Part shown: in pieces, positions 42,420 through 54,966 of the stretch
Layout of the letters: each line of letters begins with the position of its first letter
Position numbering within the stretch: position 1 is the first letter of the stretch
DNA from: Octopus vulgaris
Taxonomy: Eukaryota
Length of the DNA: 64,000 nt
Reading direction: 5' to 3'
Assembly (NCBI GenBank): GCA_951406725.2
Contig: OX597814.1
Location: 176,886,001-176,950,000 of the forward strand
Program-made: the position numbers and the translations under genes
Notes under the pieces: model-generated
Told to the model about the DNA's origin: nothing
Seen by the model: only the letters and a program-made list of their open reading frames with translations
Databases searched by the model: none

Positions 42420-42494
42420 AAATGGCTGTCGTTCATTGTCTGGAACCAGCGTAGCATCCCCTGTTGTTGCAGGAGCAGTCACACTCTTGGCAAG
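42420..42494 (+). CDS. MBTPS1: S1P coding exon 13 (catalytic Ser)
   Basis: ccacag|[25 protein letters not shown] ag|gtaagc; GTS Ser codon at 42448-42450. Confidence 0.98.
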
Positions 42495-44335
42495 GTAAGC
42501 TAAAGGGGAGTTTTTAGCTCTTATAGCTGCAGCTTGTGTTGATGGCTTACTTTTGTTTTTCTGTTTTTTTTTTTTTCATTTTATTGATTATTACCCAAAG
42601 AGTGTTAAGTGCTGTTCATCATACCTGTGTGAGACAAAATAGATAATGATTGAGTTATATATTTATTCACAACATTGAGAAACAATAAATTTGTGTTAAG
42701 AGAGCAACCTTTGTAATAAGAAATAAGTTAATCCAAATTCATTTTGAAAAAAGTGCCAACTGTGTCACTCCAATTCCCCAATCCTGTACTTTTTTCTTTT
42801 ACTAGTTTTAGTCATTAAACTGGGGCCATACAAGTTCACAGCCTTGATGGGTTTAGTCAAATGAATTGACTCCAGTACTTATTTTTTATGTGGTACTTAT
42901 TCTGCTGGTCTTATTTTGCCAGACTGCTAAGTTATGGGGATGTAAACAAACCAACACTGGTTGTCAAGCAGTGGTGTGAGACACACACACACTCATGACG
43001 GGCTTCTCCACAGTTTTTGTCTCCACACAGCCATGCCTAGACACTCTGCTTCAGCTTTTCTCCTCCTATGTATGCGATGTTGGATTTATGCTAAGCTAAA
43101 TTCATGTGAGTCAATGGCCATCCAGTAGCATGTACATGTGCGATGATGGGGAGCTGACCGGAACTTGGGAGCTGACCGGAAGAGGAAGGGTGCTGTGGTG
43201 ACACATGCGCAAGCAGGGGACAATTGGGCCTTTTCAGTTGGGGTAGCCAAGAATGCTGTACATGTGAGTGCTTCGACAAGGTAAAGGACAGCAGCTGCTA
43301 TTTTTAGCATTTGGGTCGGGCCACATGGAAGGATGCATTACCACCAGAGAGGTCTGTGTCAACGAAGAGAAGGGAGGTGTCTTACTTCTAATTTCCTGCT
43401 TACACCACAGTACATATCTATGTTAAAGTCACGTTAAGGTTTTCTGGTTTATCCTGCTATTGGCTACCATCTAACCCAGTACTACCTGCCACATGAGGAC
43501 AGATAGAATTCGATAGTCTTGGTAGGCAGTTCATCTCGGGGAAGGAAAACATTACTGCCTTGCAAGCAAGTGAAAACTTGGGCCTCAGACTCAATAGGAG
43601 CCTCAAAAATAACTAAAAGGAATATATGTTTCCATGATTTGTGAGTTCTTGCCGAATTATTAGCATGCAGGGCAAAATGCTTAGTGGCATTTCATCTGTC
43701 TTTACATTCTGAGTTCAGATTCCGCTGGGGTTGACTTTTTCTGCGACCATGCTGGGGCACTGCCTTGAAGAATTTTAGTTGAACAAATTGACTCCAGTAC
43801 TTACTTTTTTAAGCCTAGTACTTATTCTATCGGTTGCTTTTGCTGAACTGCTATGTTATGGAGATGTAAACACACCAATACCAGTTATTAAACAGTGTTG
43901 GGGGACGAACATAGAGTCAAAGACAGACAGACACATACACACATGTGCACATACTTTCAGTTTCCATCTACCAAATCTAGTCACAAGGCTTTGGTTGGCC
44001 TGCGGCTATAGTAGAAGACATTTGCTCAAGGTGCTATGCAGTGGGATTGAACCTGGAACCATATGATTGTGAAGTAAACTTCTAACAACACAACCACGTG
44101 GGTGCAAGAATAGTTACTAGGTTACCTGCTGAGTGGCGTCTTAGGCAATTACATTGACTGAAGGCTTTGCTTTGAGATAGATTTTAACTGATATTTCTGC
44201 TGATCAGTGAAGCACATAGAGACTCCTTCATTGAATCGTATAAGGATAAGTAATATATTTGGATCAATCTAATTGCCTTCCTGTGTCTTTTTCTTCAATT
44301 TTTTTACTAACATTTATCTCTCTGTATAATTACAG

Positions 44336-44500
44336 TGCAGTAACTGACAGAGCCAGTGTGATCAATCCTGCTAGTATGAAACAAGCATTGATGGTGTCAG
44401 CAAAGAGGTTACCTGGTGTCAATATGTTTGAACAAGGTCATGGCAAGCTTGATCTACTCCGAACATACCAAACTCTACAAACTTACAAACCTCAAGCAAG
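44336..44500 (+). CDS. MBTPS1: S1P coding exon 14
   Basis: ttacag|[55 protein letters not shown] ag|gtaagc. Confidence 0.97.
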
Positions 44501-44565
44501 GTAAGCATGGCAAAATTTGCATTTATAAAGTTATTACAGTTCTATATTTTAAGAGATGAGGAATT

Positions 44566-45055
44566 ATGTACATTATTTACATTCAACAGATATTTGTCCT
44601 CATCTTGTTTGTTGTTAACACGTTTCAGCTGATATTCCCTCCAGCCTTCTTCAGGTTTCTTGGGGAAATTTTGAACCTAGGTTTCTCATTCCTAAGATAT
44701 TTTTTGATGTTATTATTATTGTTATTGTTCAGGTCACTGCTTGGAATCGAACTCGGAATCTAGGGGTTAGCAGCCTGCGCTCTTAACCACTACGCTATAT
44801 GCCCAAGGGCATATGGTGTAATGGTTAAGAGCACGAGCTACTAACTCTAAGATTCCAAGTTCGATTCCAAGCAGTGACTTGAACAACAACAACAACAATA
44901 ATAATAATAATAATAATAACATTGAAAAATGCCTTAGGAATGAGATCCCAGGTTTGAAATTTCCCCAAGGCACCTGATGAAGGCTGGAGAGTATATCAGC
45001 CGAAATTTTGTGTTAACAACAAACAAGATGAGGACAAATATCCATCAAATGTAAA
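44566..45055. mobile_element. Head-to-head foldback of a tRNA-headed repeat ending in a Penelope-type minimal hammerhead motif
   Basis: Inverted arms of about 240 bp centred on GCCC-AA-GGGC at 44801-44810; A/B-box-like head; CTGATGAAGGCTG...CAGCCGAAA at 44974-45005, mirrored at 44615-44655. Confidence 0.75.
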
Positions 45056-45422
45056 TCTTTATATATAAAAGTGAAGTTGTGTGTCTGTCTCCTACGATTT
45101 AGATTCCTAACCAAAACCGGGTATCTTATAGTCGTGATTCATATCGAGCCCTTCTGGGTATTAGCGCGCGTCTATGATGAGTCTACGATTTAAAAAAAAA
45201 TTTACCATCAATTTTTCACATTTTTAATGCATTTTGGCTCGGTTTATATAAGGGAAGTAACTCTCTAAAAATGTATTATTAAATATCAGAACGTAAAAAG
45301 CTACAGTAACACCCCACTTTGTGGTTAGCCATATTGAGATGGCTATTATACTTTACATCTCTAAAAATGCTTATATAGTTATTTCCCTTACAAACCCGAG
45401 CAACGCCGGGCAATACTGCTAG
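45056..45422 (+). mobile_element. Non-autonomous Helitron
   Basis: 5' TC, 3' hairpin CCCGAGCAACGCCGGG then CTAG, inserted between A and T with no TSD; the empty site is given by the opposite palindrome arm. Confidence 0.85.
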
Positions 45423-47231
45423 TAATGTATAAAGTTATTGTTAGTTTATGGCATTAGACTCTTCACTGTTGATTCTTCAGAAGGTCAATAGTTTGACTCT
45501 TACTTCACACATTTTGTTGTACCATAAGGCAAAGCATACATCTGACAATGGCTTAGTTGGCTGAAATTTCAAAGTTACTGTCAACAACATTCTTGTTTAA
45601 GATTAATAAATTTGTACTCTATAAAGGTATGAGTGACCATGAGATTAGTGTAAAATTGTTTCTAATCTAACTGAACATAAAAACAAATATTAATCTCTCT
45701 CTTTCTCTCTCACTATATCATCATCATCATCATCGTTTAACGTCCGTTTTCCATGCTAGCAGGGGTTGGACAATTCGACCGAGGTCTGGGAAGCCAGGAG
45801 GCTGCGCCAGGCTCCAGTCTGATCTGGCAGTGTTTCTACAGCTGGTTGCCCTTCCTAACACCAACCACTCCATGAGTGTAGTGGGTGCTTTTTATGTGCC
45901 ACCGGCACAGGGGCCAGAGGAGGCTGGCAGCGGCCACGATCAGTTGGTGCTTTTTACATGCCACCGGCACGGAAGCCAGTCAAGGCAGCACTGGCATCGG
46001 CCATGTTCAGATGGTGCTTTTTACGTGCCACCACCATGGGTATCACAACTACAATTTCCATATATATATATACATATATACACACATGCATACACACTCA
46101 CACCTCACACATAATGTCATCATTTAATGTCTGGCTTCCATGTATGGGCTGGACACTTGGACATTTGGACAGGGTCTGTGAAGTTAGAGGAGGATTGCAT
46201 CATGTTCCAATGTCTACTTTGACATGTGTTCTATAGCGGGAAGCCCTTCTTAATGATAATCATGTTACAATGTATACTGATAGCTTTTTTGGAGGCACCA
46301 GCACTAAAGAAGATTGGCAGATAAAAAGACAAATGTAAAATGATGTTTTACATACACACATTCTTTAATCTGGTTTCAAATTTGATGTTAAGATCATTTT
46401 TAGCTGTTAAAGAAAAAAAAAACAAGTTTATTCATATCAGAAATACTATTAAAATTTGAGCACGGTTGCATTTATGCAGTACTGGCATGAGTGCTTTTTA
46501 TGTGGCACCGGCACCTGAAAGGACAAGCCATTGTGTGTGGAAGACATTGATTTTATTTAGCTTGATGCATCTTATTCATCATCATCATCATCGTTTAACG
46601 TCTGCTTTCCATGCTAGCATGGGTTGGACGGTTCAACTGGGGTCTGGGAAGCCAGAAGGCTGCACCAGGCCCAGTCTGATCTGGCAGTGTTTCTACAGCT
46701 GGATACCCTTCCTAAAACCAACCACTCCATGAGTGTTTTTTACGTGCCACCGGCACAGGTGCCAGACGAGGCTGGCAAACGGCCATGATTGGATTGGTGC
46801 TTTTTACATGCCACCGGCATGGAGGCCAGATGAGGCTGGCAAGCCAGACGAGGCTAAATCTCCACATTTCCTGGTCCCTTGTCATTTCCTCAGTGAGCCT
46901 CAGCATCCAAAGATCCTTTCTCACCTCTTCCTCCCATGTCTTCCTGGCTCTACCTGTTCCCCAGGTATCCTCCACAATTAGAGTTCCGTACTTCCTTACA
47001 CAGCTGTCCTTATCCATATGCATCACATGACCAAACCATCACAGTCTACTCTCTTGCACAATACATCTGATACCTCTTATACCCAGTTTTTCTCTGAAAT
47101 CATTTACACTCTGTTGTGCATGCACACTGACATTACCCGTCCAGCAGAGCATGCTAGCTTCATTTTTTCCTGTGTATAGCTATTCTATAACTATTTCCCT
47201 TTGCTGTAATATTTGCATTTATTTCATCTAG

Positions 47232-47328
47232 CTTGAGCCCCAGTTACATTGATTTGACTGAATGCCCTTACATGTGGCCCTATTGCACTCAACCAATATA
47301 CCATGGTGGGATGCCAGTTATTATTAAC
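47232..47328 (+). CDS. MBTPS1: S1P coding exon 15
   Basis: atctag|[33 protein letters not shown]|gtgagt. Confidence 0.97.
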
Positions 47329-47597
47329 GTGAGTATTTTATTTTATGATGTTATATTTGAATAATACTTAGCCAAAATGATGTGTAGGATGTGTGTGTGT
47401 ATGTGTATATACTTTTTATCCTTTAGTTGTTATAGTCAGCCTCAAGGGGGTCTAGTCAAATAAATTGACCTTAGTATGTACTTGTTTTGAGTCTGGCACT
47501 TATTCTGTTGGTTTCTTTTGATGAACTGCTAAGTTACAGGGATTTAAACCAGTTGTCAAATGGTGTAGGGGATACATATGAAAACACAAGTGTGCAT

Positions 47598-47653
<56 letters not shown>

Positions 47654-48742
47654 GTGACAAGCTCACATAGTTTCAGTTTCCAAATTGTCTTACAAGACAT
47701 TGGATGTCATAGAAGCCATAATAGAAAATACTTACCCAAGGTGCTGTGCAGTGGGATTGAACCCAAAACCATGTGATTGCAAAGTGAGCTTTGTAACCAC
47801 ACACCCATGCTGTGTATACACACACACACATCAATACCCAGTGCTCAACTGGTACTTATTTTATCAACCCCAAAAGGATGAAAGGCAAAGTCGATCGCGG
47901 CAGAATTTGAACTCAGAATGTTAAGACAGAAGAAACGTTGCTAAGCATTTTGCCTGACATACTAACAATTCTGCTGGCTCACTGCCTTAATAATCATAAT
48001 TATCATCATCATCATCATCATCATTGTTTAACATTTGCTTTCCATGCTAGCATGGGTTGGACGATTTGACTGAGGACTGGCGAACCAGATGGCTGCACCA
48101 GGCTCCAATCTGATCTGGCAGAGTTTCTACAGCTGGATACCCTTCCTAACGCCAACGCCTCCGAGAGTGTAATGGGTGGTTTTATGTGCCACTGGCACAA
48201 GAGCCACTCAGGTGGTACTGGCTACGGCCACATTCAAATGGTTACGTGCCACAGTGGCACTGGCAATGACCTCGCTCAAATGTTTTTTCACGTGCCACTG
48301 GCACAAGTGCCAGTAAGGCGACGCTGGTAACAATCATGCTCGAATGGTCCTTTTTATGTGCCACCGGCATGGAAGCCAGTTTGCTGCTCTAGCAAAGATC
48401 ACGCTTGGATGGTGCTCTTAGCACTCCACTAGCACGGATGCCAGTTATCGAATTTGATAATCCTTTCTACTATAGGCACACAGCCTGGATTTTGTGAGGA
48501 AGAGGACAGTTGATCACACTGACCCCCAGTACTCAACTGGTACTTAATTTATCAACCCTGAAAGGATGAAAGGCAAAGTTGACCTCGGCTGAATTTGAAC
48601 TCAGAATGTAGTGACGGGTGAAATACCAGTAAGCATTTCGCCCAGCGTGTTAATCATTCTACCAGCTCATTGATAATAATAAAACATGTGCTAATAGTAA
48701 AAATGTGCTTATTGATCATTTATTTGTCTATTTTTATTTTAG

Positions 48743-48790
48743 GTGACCATATTGAATGGAATGGGTGTGACTGGACGTATAGTGGACAAA
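48743..48790 (+). CDS. MBTPS1: S1P coding exon 16
   Basis: ttttag|VTILNGMGVTGRIVDK|gtgagt. Confidence 0.97.
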
Positions 48791-50268
48791 GTGAGTATTT
48801 TGTTTTGTCAATTTATTTTTTCTTTTTTCCTTTTTTTTTCACATATAAAGGAAAACTGAAAGCAGTGTTTGTGGTGATGGTCGGGGTAAGCTAAAGTAGC
48901 AATGTTTTGGAAAGGAAAGCTAAGGCAAACTGGTTAGTGTGGGGCTTGAGACATGAAATGCAATATAGGGGTGATGCTACGAGGGCAAATGGCCAAGAGG
49001 TGCTGTGTGAGTAGCCAGTTCAGTGGAACAGAAGGAGAGGAAGTAGCATATATGTAGGAGAGAAGCTGTTGTGTATTGAAGAGTGTATCGTAACCCTTTA
49101 GCATTCACATTTCTCTGTCAAATGTGGAGGAATTACAACTGTGTTTCGTGGTCTTCTACCACAACAGCTCCATTATAGGATCCAGTTAGCTCAAGACATC
49201 GTCAGGAGGAACCACGTCCGGTTTCGGCCACTACTCCTCTACTGTTTTGACGTGGTGGGGCCTCCCCTTTCAGAGGTGTCTTCAGCTCTGGTGTTGGGTG
49301 CATGTCTTCTTTCTTCTTCTTTCTTCTGTTCCCTGGCCTCTTCACATTGGTTTGAACAAGTTATGTCTTGCCCTGTAGCTTTGAGATTTCACTGACGAAT
49401 TGTTTGTTTTTAGAGTAATTTTGTAGGGCAAGTATGAGAGGCCAGATCTGGCTGGCTTGAAGATAAAACAGGTTGATTGTTGTGGCTGGATATACTGAGC
49501 TGGGATTTGTGGTCAGGTTCAATTTATGAGATAATCCCTATGGTATAAGTTTTGTTGTATCAGTGGCAACCAAAGTTCTATTGTTAGGCTTTGCATAAAC
49601 TGCTCTTTAGAAATAAATTCGTTCATTCACTTCTTTCTATTTTTATCTGCTTTGCTGCTGGGTGAGTGTGGAGAAAGAGAGGTTCAGAGCCTTTCCCTGA
49701 ACTAGCCAAACAAATATATACTCTTAACTCTTTTACTTGTTTCACCCATTTGACTGCGGCCATGCTGGAGCACTGCCTTTAATTGAGCAACTCGACCCCG
49801 GGACTTATTCTATGTAAGCCCAGTACTTATTCTAACGGTCTCTTTTGCCGAACCACTAAGTGACGGGGACATAAACACACCAGCATCGGTTGTCAAGCAA
49901 TACTAGGGGGACAAACACAAACATACACGCACACATATATATATACATACATATACATATATACGACGGGCTTCTTTCAGTTTCCGTCTACCAAATCCCT
50001 CACAAGGCTTTGGTTGGCCCGAGGTTATAGTAGAAGACACTTGCCCAAGGTGCCATGCAGTGGGACTGAACCCAGAACCATGTGGTTGGTAAACAAGCTA
50101 CTTACCACACAACCACTCCTGGCTAATATTTTATCACTAATAAAAAAAAAAAAAACTATTCTTCTTTCAATCACTTTGCTATGATGATGATAATAATCTT
50201 ACTACTGATGCTAATTCTATCCAGTGTACAAGTCTGTTATTTTACTTGTTCCACATTTCTCTTTCCAG

Positions 50269-50451
50269 CCATTGTGGCAGCCTTATGCTCCTCAGTTCGG
50301 TAATTACATTGATGTGGCTTTCTCATATTCTCAAACGTTGTGGCCCTGGTCAGGTTACTTAGCCATTGCTATAGCTGTCGGAAAAAGTGCTGCGAATTGG
50401 CAAGGGATTGCACAGGGACTGGTTACTGTTACTGTTGAATCTGCTCCTGAG
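50269..50451 (+). CDS. MBTPS1: S1P coding exon 17
   Basis: ttccag|[35 protein letters not shown]...[13 protein letters not shown]|gttagt. Confidence 0.97.
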
Positions 50452-50756
50452 GTTAGTACGGTTTATTTATTTATTTATTTATTTTATAACTTCATTTGTA
50501 TTTTTATTTATAAGTGGTGGCTTGTGGTTCAAAAGCCTGTTTTGCAAAAACCAACAGCCTTGTAGTTTCAAATTGAGTCCGTCTGTATGGCACTTAGAGC
50601 GATTTTCTTCTAATGATTGACCAATGGTTTGTGAGTGAATTTGAATGGAAACTGTTGGAAGCCCATTGTGCACGTGTATGTGTGTGTGTGTGTATCATCA
50701 TCATCATATATATATCATGATCATCATTATCATGATGATGTGTGTATGTATATATA

Positions 50757-50791
<35 letters not shown>

Positions 50792-50948
50792 TCATCATCA
50801 TTGTTTAGCGTCTACTTTCCATGCTGGCATGGGTTTGACAGTTTGATTGGAACTGGTAAGCCAGAGAACTGCACCAGGTTCCAGTCTGATTTGGTATGGT
50901 TTCTACAGTTGAATGTCTTTCCTAATGTCAGCCACTCCAAGAGTGTAA

Positions 50949-50996
<48 letters not shown>

Positions 50997-52077
50997 TTGC
51001 CAGCTCCGTCTGGCACCTGTGCGGGTGGCACGTAAAAAGCACCCACTACACTCACGGAGTGGTTGGCGTTAGGAAGGGCATCCAGCCGTAGAAACACTGC
51101 CAGATCAGACTGGGCCTGATGCAGCCTTCTGGCTTCACAGACCCCAGTTGAACCGTCCAACCCATGCTAGTATGGAAAGTGGATGCTAAATGATGATGAT
51201 GATATGTGTATGTACATATATAAGTTCAGTAAAATTTAGATTCAGATGAATATGGTACTTAGGTTGTATAAAATAAAAATGAGAACACAGATAAGGGGAG
51301 GTATTTATCCTGGGACTTTGGCAGTGCTTTCTTCTTTTATATCATTGTAGATCTTGATGAGGACAATAGCAATGCATAGTAATTTATGCAAAAATACATG
51401 GAATCAAAACTGCTGACAACACTGGAGGACATTATATTGGTATACTGTTATCTTGAAGCTCACATTAAGTGGTTGTTTCCCTTGTAAAAGAACCAACCAC
51501 TGTCAAAGTCCCTGGCTAATTACCTCCTCTTATCTGTGTTGTAATTGTTTCTTTTATACCACTGATCACATTTGAAGTGTCTTGAAATTCAAAATCAATA
51601 TGGTTTATTCATCATTGCAAATGTAGAGCATTTGAAATTGCATTGGCTAAGGAATAAAACCTAAAGTTATGCACAAAATCCACAAATGTGGTAATGACTA
51701 CTTGTTCTCCTGGTTTGCCGCCATTCTATATGTGTGTGTGTGTATCACCATGATCACCGTGACCGACCAGGTTATCAGATGTTGCTACACATCGCTGGTC
51801 ACAATGCCCTTTGCATTGTTTTAGCCTTCAAATGATGCCACCCCTCTGGCTAAGTGAGCAGGCCAACAGAAGAAAGAGTGAGAAAGTTGTGGTGAAAGAG
51901 TACAGCAGGGATTGCCACCATCTCCTGCTGGAGCCTCATGTAGCTTTTGGTGTTTTCGCTCAATAAACACTCACAACACCAGGTCTGGGAATTGAAACCG
52001 CGATCCTACAACCGCAAGTCCGCTGCCCTAACCACTGGACCATTGCACCTCATATATACATATATATATATATATAT

Positions 52078-52145
52078 ATCCCTTATTTACTCAACTCTAC
52101 AAAAGTAGTTAAATGCGAAGATTCAGAATGTAAACAATTACAGGC

Positions 52146-52187
<42 letters not shown>

Positions 52188-52455
52188 TATATTAAATTAA
52201 ATTAAATTAGAGATAAAACCACTATTAGGCAATTTGCCTAATAGTGGTTTTATCTCTAATATAATATAATATAATATATTTATATTATAAAACTGGATTT
52301 AATCCTAAATCTAATTTTTCCCTGTAAGTTTGGATTTATTCCCTAATATTATTATTATTATATATATATATATACACACACACACGTGCCTGTAATTGTT
52401 TACATTCTGAATCTTTGCATTTAACTACTTTTGTAGAGTTGAGTAAATAAGGGAT
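52078..52455. repeat. Nested palindrome
   Basis: Outer arms of about 90 bp plus a perfect inner 27-bp hairpin 52206-52260 with a 1-nt loop. Confidence 0.9.
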
Positions 52456-52548
52456 CTATGTTGACATTCCCTATTAGCAAATTCTCCTGTAGCTCTGGTT
52501 CTATGACGACAAGCGCAATATAACAACACATGCATCAACAAGAATGGT

Positions 52549-52870
52549 ATGAAACCAGATATTGTGCTTTCTTCATTTTCATCAAAACAAGTGATTGGAC
52601 TCAGTTTGCCATGTGAAAGCAGAATGAAGGAAGCTCACATCTACAAGACTGAGAAGTTTGATAGTTTAACTATAAAATTGAGAGAATCTAACATCCAAAC
52701 CAGAGCCCTTGCCATGGAGGTGAGAGTGAGGGGTTTGTGGGAAAATCTGTCTACAATCTCATGAAACAACTCTTACTTTCTGGCAGAAAAAGATTAGAGA
52801 TTAGAGTTCTGAAAGCAATACAGAAAAGAAGGGTTCTAACTGGATTTGGTCAAAGAAGAATGAGAGTGAA
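52549..52870 (+). mobile_element. Non-LTR retrotransposon restriction-like endonuclease fragment (HERO/R2-group)
   Basis: KPDIVLSSFSSKQVI..LSLPCESRMKEAH..K.EKF...LAMEV..RG pattern. Confidence 0.75.
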
Positions 52871-53205
52871 TTTCAGGAGGTATAATTCACTCTTTGTTCA
52901 ACTGGTGTCTCAGATTGAACTGGGTATGACATCCAAAGTACTTATGGCTTCATCAACCAGGTAAGTGCAGATTACAATGCAGTCCGTAGCATGGAATGTG
53001 ACAGCTGAAGGGTATCAGGAGTCATGACTTGGATGTGGCCTGGATACCCTAGAATGTAAGGAGTTAAGGGCTGAAACAATTACATGAGGTGTTGTGGGTT
53101 CTTTTTTCAAAGACTTGTTCAGCTCATAGTATCTCTTAGTACCTTGGCGTCCATGCTGCCAACAAAGCACGCGGAGTTCTGTTTTTGATTTGACAGTCAT
53201 TTGGA

Positions 53206-53740
53206 ATGCTCACAGCAGCCATATTCCTACCGCTCTATGTCACGCTGGTGAGACCCATATTGGAGTACGGGATTGAAGCCTCTTCTCCTTATCTCCTCAA
53301 AGACATACATCATCTCGAAAGAGTCCAGAAGCTGGCTACCCGCATGGTTCTTGGTCTCAAGCATTTGTCTTATGAAGAAAGGCTGAAAATGCTCGACCTT
53401 TATTCTCTTGAAAAACGCCGCCGCCGTGGTGATCTCATTCTCGCTCACAACATCATAAGTAGAAAGTGTAACCATGGGCTGCGGGGTCACTCCGAAAAGC
53501 TCTATCTGCGACGATTTCATCTCAATCGAAGGAAATGGGCTTTCTCCGTCTGGGTTGCAGATCTGTGGAATAAGCTGCTGGACGAGATAGTGAAGATGCC
53601 GATGACCGCTCGCTTCAAAGTCTTTCTTAACCAGAAATGGCCTGAACTCTTTGTATGACCACCCTCCCTGTACATAACTCCTTGTCCCCCTACATGGCCT
53701 TGCTTTTGCTTTTTGAGCCAATGAAAATTGAATTGAAATA
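53206..53740 (+). mobile_element. CR1-clade LINE 3' fragment (RT C-terminus)
   Basis: LYVTLVRPILEYG..HLERVQKLATRMV.GLKHLSYEERLKMLDLYSLEKRRRRGDLI; short (AATTG)n tail. Confidence 0.9.
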
Positions 53741-53887
53741 GAATATTTTTTATTAGCATTCAAAAGCAGACCATGTATTTGACTCTCTGCTGTCTCAGTT
53801 ATTTTAATGCCCTCACTCCATGTACTAAATTGAAAGTTTTTTTTTTATATTCTTTGCATTGTTTAAATTTTCTTTTCTTTGATATAG

Positions 53888-53964
53888 GAAGGGGAAGATA
53901 GTCCACGTGTATCCACAGCTAAATTACCAGTTCGGGTTAAAATTATTCCAACTCCTGTACGAAG
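53888..53964 (+). CDS. MBTPS1: S1P coding exon 18
   Basis: atatag|EGEDSPRVSTAKLPVRVKIIPTPVR ag|gtataa. Confidence 0.95.
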
Positions 53965-54085
53965 GTATAAATGTCTTTTCTTTTATATTGTATTTTATTC
54001 ATCTGTAGCTGTAAGGGTTAGCTATTGGACTACTTGTCACATGGTCGTGGTTTCAAACCTTGCTAAAGTCATTGTTTTGTTTTAA

Positions 54086-54966
54086 CCCTTTCCTTACCAC
54101 CCCGGCTGAAACCAGCTCTGGCTCTGTAGTACAAATGTCTTGTTTTCATAAGTTTTGAATTAAAACTTTCCACCAAACCTTAGTCACAATTTATGTTCCT
54201 AACACTAGCTTAATGATAACTAAGTTATTTTACTAAATTTTTTGTTATATTTAAAATATTTCAAAGAAACACAGATCATCTCAAAATGAATGTGATAACA
54301 AAAGGGTTAAGATACAACTTAACAGGAATGATAACCCAAGCCACTTAGCTCTAAGTACCACATAGTGGAATGACTCATTGCTGTAAACAATGGCAGTTTT
54401 GTAAAGTTGATAAATATTTTATTTGTTCATAACAGTGAGTTTTGACTCTCTCCTTCAATTCAAGCCATGATAGGAGTGCTGTCAATGCAACCTTTGTTCA
54501 ATTCTATGATCATTTCTCCAATGCAATCTAAAAAAAATAAAGTATTATGAAACCTTTCAAGCTATATGAGTTATTTCCCTTTACAGCTCTTTAAACTTTA
54601 ACCCTTTTGTTACTGTATTTATTTTGAGATGCTCTGTGTTTCTTTCAATTACTTTAAATATAACCAAGAATTTAGTAAAATAACTTAGTTATCATTAAGA
54701 TAGTGTTAGGAAAATAAATTGTGACTAAAGTTTGGTGGAAGATTTTAATTCAAAACTTATAATAACAAGACATTTGTACTCAGAGCCAGAGCCTGTTTCA
54801 GGCAGGTTGGTAACATCATCATCATCATCATCATCATCGTTTAACGTCCGTTCTCCATGCTAGCATGGGTTGGACGGTTCGACCGGGGATCTGGGAAGCC
54901 AGAAGGCTGCACCAGGCTCCAGTCTTATCTGGCAATGTTTCTACAGCTGGATGCCCTTCAAAAGGG
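54086..54966. mobile_element. Two inverted P1 piggyBac MITEs, the second interrupted in its TIR by a (GAT)n-tailed SINE
   Basis: 54086-54306 and 54602-54966, each TTAA-flanked; SINE at about 54814-54959. Confidence 0.8.

Noticed and set aside
44807-44880. tRNA gene
   Set aside because: Has A/B-box-like motifs but no convincing acceptor stem, and it runs into a repeat body; the same applies to heads at 4655, 11620, 30800 and 34470, which are SINE heads
49125-49300. Hammerhead on the minus strand (GAAACACAGTTGTA, CTGACGA, CTGAAGA pieces)
   Set aside because: The core halves do not flank a single stem II correctly; too degenerate to call
53227-53763. 178-aa minus-strand ORF
   Set aside because: Antisense shadow of the CR1 RT fragment
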